DNA from: a virus
Length of the DNA stretch: 64,000 nucleotides
Strand: one strand, 5' to 3'
Virus record (IMG/VR): IMGVR_UViG_3300028844_002785
Location: 23,129 to 87,128 of that record
The notes beneath the pieces are model-generated. The model was given only the letters and a program-made list of their open reading frames with translations, had not been told where the DNA came from and ran no database searches. Made by a program: the position numbers and the translations under genes. Positions 1 to 9,914 of the stretch are shown one piece after another; position 1 is the first letter of the stretch; the number at the start of each line of letters is the position of its first letter.

Positions 1-3000
1 ATTACTGATGAAACTGAAACTCCAGTAGCAGTAACATCTGTACAAAATGCAACTGCATATACAGGATCATCTGCAACAATTCAGTCTGGTGTTTATTTTA
101 TACGTGGATTTTTTGTAGAGGTAGCAACTCAAAAAATTATTTTAGACCAATATGCAAATAAACCTTCATATAAAATTGGTCTTCAGGTAAATGAAAGTTT
201 GGTGACTTCTGATGATGACTCTACTATATTTGATAATGCTTTAGGTTCAACTAATTTTGCTTCTCCTGGTGCAGACAGATTAAAGATTGAACCAAAATTT
301 GTAAAACAAAATTTAACTTTTTCAAATAGTGCTGATTTTATTGAATTACTTCGTTTAGAGAATGGGAAATCAACTCTAACTTCACTTTCCGAGAATTCTA
401 TATATAATGAACTTGAGAAAAATTTAGCGAGAAGAACTTTTGATGAATCTGGGGATTATACAGTAAAACCATATAGATTCACAGTTAGAGAAGCTTTAGA
501 TACTGGAAATAATAATGGTGTTTATAAATCCGGTGAGAGAGTAAAGGATGGCAGAACAATTGTAAGAGTTCCATCCTCAAGTGATCCAGCAGATTCAATT
601 CTTGGAGAAGATTTTTATGCTTTAGAACTTTCTCCTGGAAAAGCATATGTTAAAGGATTTGAAGTAACTAATGATAGAAAACAATATGCAATTGTACCCA
701 AACCAAGAGAAACAAATACTCTCAATAATAATGGTTCTGCTTTAAATATTGGTTCGTATTTTAAAACCAATCATTCTACAGTAAAGGGAGCGATTTCATT
801 TCCAAATGCTATTACTCTAAAGGATGTTGACGGGATTGAGATTGGTAGAGGTATTGCGGTTGGTTTGACAGAGGGTAAACTATATACAACTGAAATTTGT
901 ACATATCAAACAATCACAATAGCTTCTGGTCAATCTCACAATTTTGCATCAAATGATTTTATGACCGGAGTTTCCTCTGGTGCTACTGGTTTTGTGAAAT
1001 CTGTTTCTGGTCAGACTATTGTACTACAACAGAGTACTGGTACTTTTGTAACTGGAGAGGTTGTAACTAATAGTAGGTATACTACAGGTCAACCAACAAT
1101 ATCAACAATTTCCAAAGAAAAATTAGAAGATGTAAGAAAAATTGAAAAAATTTCTGGTGGATTTGAAGTACAATTACAGTTGGAACCAGTTAAGATAAGT
1201 GGTTCTTCTTTCAGTGTAACCAGTAATAGTTTAAGTGGAATCGGAACTTCGTTTTTAGAAGAACTTTCTGCAAAATCAAAAATTAGAGTTGGTGTAACTG
1301 ATGTGGAAGTTACTAGTCTTACTTCAAGTGCCGTTGTAATAGCATCAGGTGTTTCAAATGGCACTTATTATGATGTTAAAAAATTGATTGCTAAATTTTA
1401 TTCATCCAGCAATGGTTATACAACTAGAGTTTCCTCTAGACCAGTAAAAGATATTTCTGATAGTGTTGTAAACAAATTGGTCTATACCGGTGAGTATGTA
1501 ACCAGTTCTAATGGTGATTTTGTTATCCAAACATCTCCATCAGAAACTATTGATAAAAATTCAGTTGTAATTACTACATCTACAGGACTTGCTTCTGCTG
1601 TTAATTTAGTACAACCAGCTAATTCTGGTAATGTAATTAATGTAGATACTGGTGAATCTGCAGGTGTTCCTGTTAGTGTATACTACAATAGTAGAGTTTC
1701 TAATCCAAAGATAAGAAAGAAAGAACTGGAACCATATACTTTCTTAATTGTTGATAAGATAAAGGATGGTACTACTAATGACAATAATATCTATGGAACT
1801 AGAGTTCAGGATAAAGAAATTTCACTAAAATTTGCTGATGTATCAAAAATACATAAAATCCATGAAGCGGTTAGACCAGAAGATGATACTAGTGCATTAT
1901 TAGATTCTCTTATTCTTAATACAGTATCTGGATTAAACGTTGGTGATATTATTGAAACCGATAGTATTAAAGCATATATTGTTTCCATCAATACATCAAC
2001 GAATAAAGTTTATGTTACATATGAATCCACTAAATTTCAAATTGGTGACAATTTATCAATTGCTGTAACAATTCCATCTAATAGTGATGTTGAGGATATT
2101 TTTGTTAGACAGTCTTTACATGGTAGATATATTGATATCACTGATGATTTTGTTTTTTCCAGAAATGATACTTCAGATTTCTATAAACCATCGAAACTAA
2201 TCAGGAAGAAAAATTCTGCTGTTCCATCTAAAAAATTTATTGTTATTTTTGATTACTTTAAACATAGTAATTTAACTAATGATTTTTACTCTATAGAATC
2301 ATATGGTGAATTAACATATAAAGATATCCCAAGATCTTCTTTATCTACATCAATGGCTGATCTTATTGATTTTAGATTCTATACACCTCATTCTACAATT
2401 TCAAGTTCCACTCAGAATGGATCATTTGAGAAACCACATAGAGAAATCAATAGTGCTTTTAATACATATGCAGTTAATTATACAACACAAACTGTACCAT
2501 TCCCTGATACTGTGTTTTCTTCTGATGTAGAGTCATACTTGGGTAGGATTGATAGTATCTATCTAACACAAGATGGTAAACTAAAGGTTGTGAGTGGAGC
2601 TGATTCTATAAATCCAAAGTCAACTTTAGATTCATCAGTTGGACTATTAATTGGAACTGTACAACTACCTCCATATTTAAAGAGTGTTTTTGATGCAAAG
2701 GTAAGTTTTGAAGATAATAGACAATATACAATGAGGGATATTGGCAAGCTTGAACAAAGATTATCTAGTGTAGAAAATTACACAACATTAAGTTTACTAG
2801 AATCTAATACTGTTAATTTACAGGTTTTGGATGAGGATGGTAAAAATAGGTTCAAGAATGGTTTTATGGTAGATAATTTTAGATCTACTAGTGTTGCTGA
2901 CACCACAAATTATGATTATACAGCATCTATTGATTTAGATGAAGGTTGTGTAAGACCATATCCATATGTAAATAATGTTGGATTTACTTTCAATGACACT

Positions 3001-5979
3001 AGTAGTACTTCTACTAGAACTGGCGAGTATATAACTATCCCATATACTGAGGTTGCATATGCATCTCAACCATATGCAAGTAGAGTAGAGAATGCAACTC
3101 CATTCCTATCTTTCTCTTACATTGGAGACATGACTCTGGATCCTAAAAAAGATATTTGGTATGATACCAATAGAGAAATAATAGAAGGTCAAAGTATTGA
3201 TTTATCACAGAGTATTAGTACATTATTTGATTTGGTTGTTCCTGGTGGTATTGTTTGGGGTGACTGGGATCGTGGTGCTGGTGGAACTACTCGCGGTAAT
3301 GGTGGTAGAAATGTTACAGATATTAGAACTGGAACACAATACGATGTTGGAACTCTAGATGTAGAATTAGAATCTGGTGATACTATTAATGATATTACGG
3401 ATATAAGATATGCAAGATCCAGGATTGTTAATGTCTCTGTGAAAGCTTTAAAACAAAACACAGATCATGGAATGTTTGTTGGAAGTACTGATGCATCTAG
3501 ATTTACATATCCAAAAATACTAAGAAATCTAAAGAGTGATAATTCAAATAAATTTGTAGTTGGTGAACAAGTTAGATTAGTTCCAGCACTTGTATATACG
3601 CAGAGTGGAGTTAATAGGTGTATTCAAGTATTTCCAAATAGTGATAGGAGGTATATTGAAGCTACTGTTCAAGATCCAAGAACATTCCTTAGTTCTAAGG
3701 AAATTTCTACAAATGATTTTGATAGTAATGGATATACATCTAATACTACTATGTTGGTAATTGATAATATCAGAAACTGGGATAATACAGATAGTCAAGT
3801 AGTAGAACTTGGAGATGATTTTATTATTAGTGGTCAAACTTCATTGGCAAAAACTAGAGCTAATGGTGATAGAACTCAACAACTAACTTCTACTGCAAGC
3901 GGAACCCTGGAAGCATTTGTTATTATTCCACCAAGAACTTTTGAAACTGGAGACTTAGAATTTAAGTTATCTGATGATCCGAATAATTTCCAGGTTAAAA
4001 ACTTAACAGGTTCTTATTCAACTGGAGTTTATTATTCACAGGGAACAGAATTAGATGTATCATCTACAATAACTACTTTAGAAGTTCCAGAAGTTTCTAT
4101 GTTTACTGTAGAAGAAAGTACTATTAGATTTATACCAGATCCTCCTCCACCACCACCACCTGCTCCACCAGGCGGCGGTGGCGGTGGTGACCCACTTGCT
4201 CAATCTTTTATAATAGAAGAAACTGGTGGTGTGTTTATTACATCTCTGGAACTTTACTTCTTAACTAAAGATGATACTGATCCAGTAACAGTAGAATTAA
4301 GAACAGTTGAAAATGGTAGTCCAACCGCTAATATTGTTCCAGGATCTGTGGTAACGTTACCAGCTTCTAGTATAATAACTTCCACTGATTCAACTGTTTC
4401 TACTAAATTTAATTTTGCGAATCCTATATATCTCTCTGATTTAAATGAATATGCTTTTACTATTAAAAGTAATTCTACAAAATATAACTTGTGGGTATCT
4501 AGAGTTGGCGAGACAGATATTTCATCTGGAGTTACAATTGATAGACAACCTCATGTTGGAGTTGTATTTAAGTCTGCAAACGCTTCAACATGGATTTCAG
4601 ATCAATATGAAGATGTTAAGTTTATATTAAATAGGGCAAAATTTAACACTGGAACAACTTACTCAGCAATTTTAAATAACAAAATTATTCCTTCACAAAA
4701 ACTACAGTCAAATGCACTTTATATGGTGGATGGATCATCTGTAGTTAGAGTAACACAACCAAATCATGGTATGCATCAAAATGAGAATAAGGTTAGTATA
4801 ACTGGAGTTCAATCAGATACATCTTCTGGATTATTATCATCTGATATAACACCATCCGTAACTACAATTAGTATCAATGATATTACTAATTCTTCAATTT
4901 CAGGATTAGGTACAATTGAAGGTTGGGGTACTATTAATAATACTGCAATATCCGGATCAAATGCTGGATTTATTAAAATTGAAGACGAGATAATTTCTTA
5001 TACTGGATTATCTGGAAATAGTTTAACCGGGTGTGTTAGAGGTGCCTTAGGAACTACCGCAGCAATTCACCTGTCGCAAACACCAGTACAATGTTTCCAA
5101 TTGAATGGAATTCCATTGAATCAGATTAATACAGATGTACAGATAACAAACGTTATCAGTCTAGATGAATATGAATTTACTGTAGGTTATTCTGCTAACT
5201 CAACTAAGAGGGGCGGTGGAAATGATATTCGTGCATCTAGAAATATTTCTTATGAAGTAATTACCCCAAAAATTTCAACATTAGTTCCTCAGGATACTGT
5301 ATGTCAAGTTAAATTGGGTTCTGTGTCTGGAACTAGTATTGGAAACACTAGTCAAAAATCATTTGTTCAAAAAGGATATGAATCAGTTGAGAACAATGTA
5401 GAAAATTTATTAACAGATCCTAGAATTTCACTATCACCAATTAATAATACTACATACGCTGGTGGTTCTCCTGGTACATTAAATACACAAATTACATTAT
5501 CAACAACAAATGATTTTCTAAGTCCAGTAATTGATTTACAAGGTTCTTCTATTATTACTATTTCAAATAGAATAAACAAAGAAACTCTTGCTAGTGGTGA
5601 GTTAGATTTAACTTCAGAACTTCTACCAGCTGGAGGAAAACACTCTTCTTATATTACTAAAAAGGTATCATTAGAAAATGAATCAACATCAATAAAAGTC
5701 TTATTTGATGCTATTAGAACTGGAAACAATGATATTAAAGTCTTTGCAAAAGTCAAAGGCGATAGTCAACCTGGATCATTTGATAATATGAGTTATATTG
5801 AAATTCCAGCAATTTCTTATCCTGCTTCAGAAACAAGTACTCAATATAGGGCATTTGATTTTGAACTTAAAAATATTATTGAGTTCCAAGAGTTCAGTAT
5901 TAAGGTAGTGATGATAGGAAATGATCAAAGTAATGTTCCTAAAATTAAAAACTTTAGGTCAATGGCATTGGCAATTTAA
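1..5979 (+). CDS. Giant virion structural protein, DUF4815/VrlC-like (5' end lies upstream of the window)
   Basis: Frame 1 is open from base 1 (ITDETETPVAV...GVYFIRGFFVEV), so 199 is not the true start. Motifs LARRTFDESGDY, RFKNGFMVDNF and DPLAQSF are typical of this family; it lies upstream of the neck genes. Confidence 0.8.
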   Translation: MTDETETPVAVTSVQNATAYTGSSATIQSGVYFIRGFFVEVATQKIILDQYANKPSYKIGLQVNESLVTSDDDSTIFDNALGSTNFASPGADRLKIEPKFVKQNLTFSNSADFIELLRLENGKSTLTSLSENSIYNELEKNLARRTFDESGDYTVKPYRFTVREALDTGNNNGVYKSGERVKDGRTIVRVPSSSDPADSILGEDFYALELSPGKAYVKGFEVTNDRKQYAIVPKPRETNTLNNNGSALNIGSYFKTNHSTVKGAISFPNAITLKDVDGIEIGRGIAVGLTEGKLYTTEICTYQTITIASGQSHNFASNDFMTGVSSGATGFVKSVSGQTIVLQQSTGTFVTGEVVTNSRYTTGQPTISTISKEKLEDVRKIEKISGGFEVQLQLEPVKISGSSFSVTSNSLSGIGTSFLEELSAKSKIRVGVTDVEVTSLTSSAVVIASGVSNGTYYDVKKLIAKFYSSSNGYTTRVSSRPVKDISDSVVNKLVYTGEYVTSSNGDFVIQTSPSETIDKNSVVITTSTGLASAVNLVQPANSGNVINVDTGESAGVPVSVYYNSRVSNPKIRKKELEPYTFLIVDKIKDGTTNDNNIYGTRVQDKEISLKFADVSKIHKIHEAVRPEDDTSALLDSLILNTVSGLNVGDIIETDSIKAYIVSINTSTNKVYVTYESTKFQIGDNLSIAVTIPSNSDVEDIFVRQSLHGRYIDITDDFVFSRNDTSDFYKPSKLIRKKNSAVPSKKFIVIFDYFKHSNLTNDFYSIESYGELTYKDIPRSSLSTSMADLIDFRFYTPHSTISSSTQNGSFEKPHREINSAFNTYAVNYTTQTVPFPDTVFSSDVESYLGRIDSIYLTQDGKLKVVSGADSINPKSTLDSSVGLLIGTVQLPPYLKSVFDAKVSFEDNRQYTMRDIGKLEQRLSSVENYTTLSLLESNTVNLQVLDEDGKNRFKNGFMVDNFRSTSVADTTNYDYTASIDLDEGCVRPYPYVNNVGFTFNDTSSTSTRTGEYITIPYTEVAYASQPYASRVENATPFLSFSYIGDMTLDPKKDIWYDTNREIIEGQSIDLSQSISTLFDLVVPGGIVWGDWDRGAGGTTRGNGGRNVTDIRTGTQYDVGTLDVELESGDTINDITDIRYARSRIVNVSVKALKQNTDHGMFVGSTDASRFTYPKILRNLKSDNSNKFVVGEQVRLVPALVYTQSGVNRCIQVFPNSDRRYIEATVQDPRTFLSSKEISTNDFDSNGYTSNTTMLVIDNIRNWDNTDSQVVELGDDFIISGQTSLAKTRANGDRTQQLTSTASGTLEAFVIIPPRTFETGDLEFKLSDDPNNFQVKNLTGSYSTGVYYSQGTELDVSSTITTLEVPEVSMFTVEESTIRFIPDPPPPPPPAPPGGGGGGDPLAQSFIIEETGGVFITSLELYFLTKDDTDPVTVELRTVENGSPTANIVPGSVVTLPASSIITSTDSTVSTKFNFANPIYLSDLNEYAFTIKSNSTKYNLWVSRVGETDISSGVTIDRQPHVGVVFKSANASTWISDQYEDVKFILNRAKFNTGTTYSAILNNKIIPSQKLQSNALYMVDGSSVVRVTQPNHGMHQNENKVSITGVQSDTSSGLLSSDITPSVTTISINDITNSSISGLGTIEGWGTINNTAISGSNAGFIKIEDEIISYTGLSGNSLTGCVRGALGTTAAIHLSQTPVQCFQLNGIPLNQINTDVQITNVISLDEYEFTVGYSANSTKRGGGNDIRASRNISYEVITPKISTLVPQDTVCQVKLGSVSGTSIGNTSQKSFVQKGYESVENNVENLLTDPRISLSPINNTTYAGGSPGTLNTQITLSTTNDFLSPVIDLQGSSIITISNRINKETLASGELDLTSELLPAGGKHSSYITKKVSLENESTSIKVLFDAIRTGNNDIKVFAKVKGDSQPGSFDNMSYIEIPAISYPASETSTQYRAFDFELKNIIEFQEFSIKVVMIGNDQSNVPKIKNFRSMALAI

Positions 5980-6200
5980 TGGATAAATTAAAAGTTGAAG
6001 GTCATCCAGACCTGATAAGAGATCCAAAGTCTACTGCTGTAATAAACACCAGTAGACAGGATTACGAAGACTATATGAATAATTATAAAATTCGTAAGAT
6101 GAAAAATGATCGTGTGGATTCAATGGAATCTGACATGAAAAACATCAAAAATGAATTAGATGAAATAAAATCTCTCCTGTTAAGTTTGACTAATAGATAA
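5979..6200 (+). CDS. Conserved small cyanophage protein with C-terminal coiled coil
   Basis: KVEGHPDLIRDPKSTAVIN motif; TAATG stop/start coupling to the upstream gene. Confidence 0.75.
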   Translation: MDKLKVEGHPDLIRDPKSTAVINTSRQDYEDYMNNYKIRKMKNDRVDSMESDMKNIKNELDEIKSLLLSLTNR

Positions 6201-6215
6201 ATATTAAGGAGATCA

Positions 6216-6223
6216 TATAAATA
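6216..6223 (+). promoter_or_regulatory. T4-type late (gp55) promoter TATAAATA
   Basis: Exact TATAAATA in the intergenic gap before a structural gene. Confidence 0.7.
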
Positions 6224-6243
6224 AAAACAAGTGGTAAACTCCT

Positions 6244-6570
6244 ATGGCGGCTGTTCACAATCTTTATATTGACCAAGGGGCAGATTTTTCTGCTGATATT
6301 GGAATCTTCGATGATTTCAATACTGCTTGGAATTTGTCTGGATATACAGGCGCGGCTAAAATTAAAAAGTCATACTATAGTTCTACGTCAACTCCATTTA
6401 CAGTTTCTGTAAATGCTGCGGGAACTGTGACATTAGCTCTAACAGCAGCTAATACATCAACTCTCGCTGAGGGAAGATATTTGTATGATGTTGTGATTAC
6501 ATCATCTGGTGGAAGTAAGACCAGAGTCATAGAAGGTTTAGTAACTATAAACCCAGGAGTAACAACGTAA
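6244..6570 (+). CDS. Small virion/baseplate-associated protein
   Basis: NLYIDQGADFS...GRYLYDVVIT...TRVIEGLVTINPGVT, a recurrent myovirus structural family; follows a late promoter. Confidence 0.65.
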   Translation: MAAVHNLYIDQGADFSADIGIFDDFNTAWNLSGYTGAAKIKKSYYSSTSTPFTVSVNAAGTVTLALTAANTSTLAEGRYLYDVVITSSGGSKTRVIEGLVTINPGVTT

Positions 6571-6571
6571 C

Positions 6572-6778
6572 ATGAACACGAAAGTTACAGTATCAAATCA
6601 ACCGCAAGTAATCAAGGTCACATCCGGAGGAGTTAATACATTAACAAATCTATCTGACGTAAATTTTAATAATGCAACCGATGGCGCTCTTTTACAATAT
6701 GATGCAGCAAGTAATACGTGGATTGCTGAAAATGTTATCGAAAAAAGCGGTCTTAAAATAAACGGCGGCAACTTCTAA
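6572..6778 (+). CDS. Small tail-fibre-associated protein
   Basis: LSDV...DGALLQYD...W...INGGNF motif found in fibre accessory proteins. Confidence 0.6.
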   Translation: MNTKVTVSNQPQVIKVTSGGVNTLTNLSDVNFNNATDGALLQYDAASNTWIAENVIEKSGLKINGGNF

Positions 6779-6799
6779 TTCCCCAATAGGTATCAAAAA

Positions 6800-8875
6800 A
6801 TGGCAACTATTTTAAAGATCAAAAGATCTAGTACTAACCCAACAGCAACCCCATCAGCGCTTGGGCAAGGTGAACTTGCCTACGGTGAAGGTACTAGTAC
6901 GTATACTGACGCACAGAGTGCTTCAGTAACTTCTTTCGGTAAACTATTTGTTGGTAGAGGAACCGAAACAAATGGTGAAGCCGCTAATATTGATATTATT
7001 GGTGGTAGGTATTTTACCGACCTTTTAGATCACGGACATGGTACAATAACTGCAAACTCTGCAGCAATTGTTGACTCTGCTAACAAGGTCGATGAATGGA
7101 ACGTAGATAATATTACTTTAAATGGAAATACAATTTCCACAACAAACAGTAACGGTGACCTTACAGTAGATACCAATGGTACTGGTGATGTAATTATCTC
7201 TGGTGCGGCTACTCTAGGAACTAACACATTTAAGATTACCGATGGTTCAACTGACAGATTTGTAGTTGATTCATTCTCTGGTGCTATAGACATTACAACT
7301 CCATCACTAAGTACTGCAGATACAGCATTAAACATTGGAACTACATGGAACAATTCTGGTGCAGTATTTTATGGTATTGACGTTGATGTAACTAACAGTG
7401 CTTCTGCATCTGGATCAAGACTTATTAATTTATCTGTAGGTGGTGCTGATAAATTTAATGTTGATTTAAGTGGTAATGTCAGTATGACTGGCGATATCAA
7501 TTTTCAGAATGCTACTAATTTTTCTCTACAAGATGATACTGCAGATGCATTTACAATTAAAGAAGGTACTAATAAGTACGTTGATATTGATACCACAAAT
7601 GGTTCTGAGTTAATTACACTTGGAACTGGTAATGTTGATATTGATAACGATCTAAACATCGATGGTGGGGATTTAACCACCAATCAAACTACTTTTAACC
7701 TACTAGAAACAAACGCTACTACCGTCAATGCATTCGGTACTGCTACCGCAATTGACGTTGGTGCTACTTCTGGTACGTTTACTCTAAATAACCCAACTTT
7801 AGTTGGTACTCAGACAACACAGAACGTATTCAATGCAACTGCTACCACAGTTAATGCATTTGGTGCTGCTTCTGTACTAAACATTGGTGCAGCTGCTGGA
7901 ACAACTACACTACGTTCTTCGACTTTAGTTGGTACTGAGACAACACAGAACGTATTCAATGCAACTGCTACCACAGTTAATGCATTCGGCGCAGCAGCGA
8001 CAATCAATATTGGTGGTGCAGCGACAGATATAGTTAACATCGGTGATGATTCTACCGAAGTTGATTTTGGTGATCTAAGAATTCTTGGATCAACTATCTA
8101 TAGTGATAATAGTAATGCTCAAACAATTACTATTGACCCATATCCTGGCGGTGGTGATGCTGGTGGTAACGTTGTTGTTCGTGGTAACTTGCAAGTTGCT
8201 GGTACTACCACAACAGTCAACTCCACCCAGATGACCATTAATGATCCTGTCTTTACATTAGGAGACAGCATCAGCGAGAAGACTGTTACTGCTGCTGCAA
8301 ACAGTGGTCAAGCAGATGTTGTTCTTGATAGTGTAGATGGTTTAAATGCAGGTGATGTTGTTTCTGGAAATGCATCAGTTCCCAATGGAACTACTATTAG
8401 TTCCATCAACACTGGAACTAAAACTGTCACTCTCAGTGCAAACCTATCCAGTGGTATTGCAGCGAGTGTAAACGAAGCAGTTGTAACACTAACCTTCACA
8501 CAAGGTGCTGACGATAACCAAGACCGTGGTATTGAATTCAAGTACTATAACAGTGGACTCAAGACAGGTTTCTTTGGATACGACGAGTCTGGAACTTCTG
8601 AAGGTGGATCAACAACTTACTACTTCACATATATTCCAGATGCGACAAATGCTTCGCAAGTATTCTCCGGAACAGTTGGTAAAGCATACTTTGATACTGT
8701 AAAACTAGAAATTGGTAACCTCAATGGTGTTCCATTCTTTGATCAGTACAAGAGACTAACCACAACTGCTACTCCAGGTTCTGCTGATATTACTACATCA
8801 GATAAAATTCTGACTACTAATGGTGCAACTGGTGTTCCTGTATGGACAACTACTTTGGACGGTGGCACATACTGA
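6800..8875 (+). CDS. Tail fibre-like protein
   Basis: N-terminal IKRS...LGQGELAY fibre motif, Gly/Thr/Asn-rich repeats, GNLQVAGTTTTVNST motif, C-terminal LDGGTY. Confidence 0.75.
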   Translation: MATILKIKRSSTNPTATPSALGQGELAYGEGTSTYTDAQSASVTSFGKLFVGRGTETNGEAANIDIIGGRYFTDLLDHGHGTITANSAAIVDSANKVDEWNVDNITLNGNTISTTNSNGDLTVDTNGTGDVIISGAATLGTNTFKITDGSTDRFVVDSFSGAIDITTPSLSTADTALNIGTTWNNSGAVFYGIDVDVTNSASASGSRLINLSVGGADKFNVDLSGNVSMTGDINFQNATNFSLQDDTADAFTIKEGTNKYVDIDTTNGSELITLGTGNVDIDNDLNIDGGDLTTNQTTFNLLETNATTVNAFGTATAIDVGATSGTFTLNNPTLVGTQTTQNVFNATATTVNAFGAASVLNIGAAAGTTTLRSSTLVGTETTQNVFNATATTVNAFGAAATINIGGAATDIVNIGDDSTEVDFGDLRILGSTIYSDNSNAQTITIDPYPGGGDAGGNVVVRGNLQVAGTTTTVNSTQMTINDPVFTLGDSISEKTVTAAANSGQADVVLDSVDGLNAGDVVSGNASVPNGTTISSINTGTKTVTLSANLSSGIAASVNEAVVTLTFTQGADDNQDRGIEFKYYNSGLKTGFFGYDESGTSEGGSTTYYFTYIPDATNASQVFSGTVGKAYFDTVKLEIGNLNGVPFFDQYKRLTTTATPGSADITTSDKILTTNGATGVPVWTTTLDGGTY
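7796..7986 (+). repeat. 65-bp direct repeat (1 mismatch, 126-nt period) inside the fibre gene
   Basis: actttagttggtact(c/g)agacaacacagaacgtattcaatgcaactgctaccacagttaatgcatt at 7796-7860 and 7922-7986. Confidence 0.9.
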
Positions 8876-8901
8876 TAAATAATTAAAATTATGAGGTAAT
8901 T

Positions 8902-9111
8902 ATGTCTCCTGAAGAAGCGAACAATTTAATGCAAGTAATGAGTAATAAGATTAATCAATTAACACAGCAGAACATAATTCTTGAATCCCGTGTGATGACA
9001 TTATCCGCCGCGATGGAAAGTATGAAACAAGATGAATCCGGTGATGGTGGAAATTATGATGAGAACCCACCAGTAAAGCAAAATAATGGCAAAACCAAGC
9101 AGCAGGACTGA
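8902..9111 (+). CDS. Hypothetical coiled-coil protein
   Basis: RBS gagg; late-promoter-like GATAAATA upstream; usual position before gp13. Confidence 0.65.
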   Translation: MSPEEANNLMQVMSNKINQLTQQNIILESRVMTLSAAMESMKQDESGDGGNYDENPPVKQNNGKTKQQD

Positions 9112-9913
9112 ACTAAAGGAGTATTCTCTCCGTAAATTAGGTAAACCAGTTATTGAAATAAATGTTGATGAGGATCAAGTAGAAGATCTAATTGATGATA
9201 CGATTCAACTTTTCAATGAAAGGGTTTATGATGGAGTCGAGCGAGTATATTTAAAATATAAAATTACTCAAGATGATATTGATAACGGTAAGGGTAGAAA
9301 TATAACTACTCAAGAAACTGACACCAATGCCGGTGCAACTCCTGCTTCTAGAACTTTAAATTTTGAGGAAGGTAGGGGATATCTAACAGTACCAGATCAT
9401 ATTATAGGTATTCAAGGTGTACTACCTATGGCGAGTACCTATGTTAATAATATGTTTGGTTTTAGGTATCAATTTTTCTTAAATGATTTTTATAATTTTT
9501 ATGCATATGACATTCTAAATTTAGAAATGACAATGCAATATTTGTCAACCATGGAGTTTTTATTAGAAGGTCAAAAACCAATTAGATATAATAAAACACA
9601 GAATAGATTATATTTGGATGTAGATTGGGGTAGAGTTGCTGCAAATGACTTTGTGTTAATTGACTGTTATAGAGCTCTTGATCCAACTACATTTACTAAG
9701 ATATATAATGAAAGGTTTGTAAAAGAATATTTGACTTCTTTGATTAAAAAACAGTGGGGACAAAATTTACTTAAATTTACTGGGATTAAAATGCCAGGTG
9801 GAGTTGAATTTAATGGAAGACAACTCTACGATGATGCTCTTGCTGAATTGGAAAAAATTGAAAGCAAGATGTTAAGTACATACGAAACTCCACCACTTGA
9901 TTTTGTAGGATGA
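9086..9913 (+). CDS. gp13: Neck protein gp13
   Basis: LRKLGKPVIEINVDEDQVED and KKQWGQNLLKF..GGVEFNG motifs; synteny. Confidence 0.95.
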   Translation: MAKPSSRTELKEYSLRKLGKPVIEINVDEDQVEDLIDDTIQLFNERVYDGVERVYLKYKITQDDIDNGKGRNITTQETDTNAGATPASRTLNFEEGRGYLTVPDHIIGIQGVLPMASTYVNNMFGFRYQFFLNDFYNFYAYDILNLEMTMQYLSTMEFLLEGQKPIRYNKTQNRLYLDVDWGRVAANDFVLIDCYRALDPTTFTKIYNERFVKEYLTSLIKKQWGQNLLKFTGIKMPGGVEFNGRQLYDDALAELEKIESKMLSTYETPPLDFVG

Positions 9914-9914
9914 T

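Noticed and set aside
4135-4195. Poly-Pro/poly-Gly GC-rich tract (PDPPPPPPPAPPGGGGGG)
   Set aside because: In-frame low-complexity linker just before the conserved DPLAQSF motif; not a mobile element or regulatory repeat.
1089-5579. Numerous 60-130 aa antisense or alternate-frame ORFs in the track (here and throughout the window)
   Set aside because: They lie wholly within well-supported genes, lack RBS/promoter context, and have the composition expected of shadow frames.
6800-8875. Diversity-generating retroelement acting on the fibre repeat
   Set aside because: No reverse transcriptase in the window, and the single repeat mismatch is C/G rather than adenine-specific.
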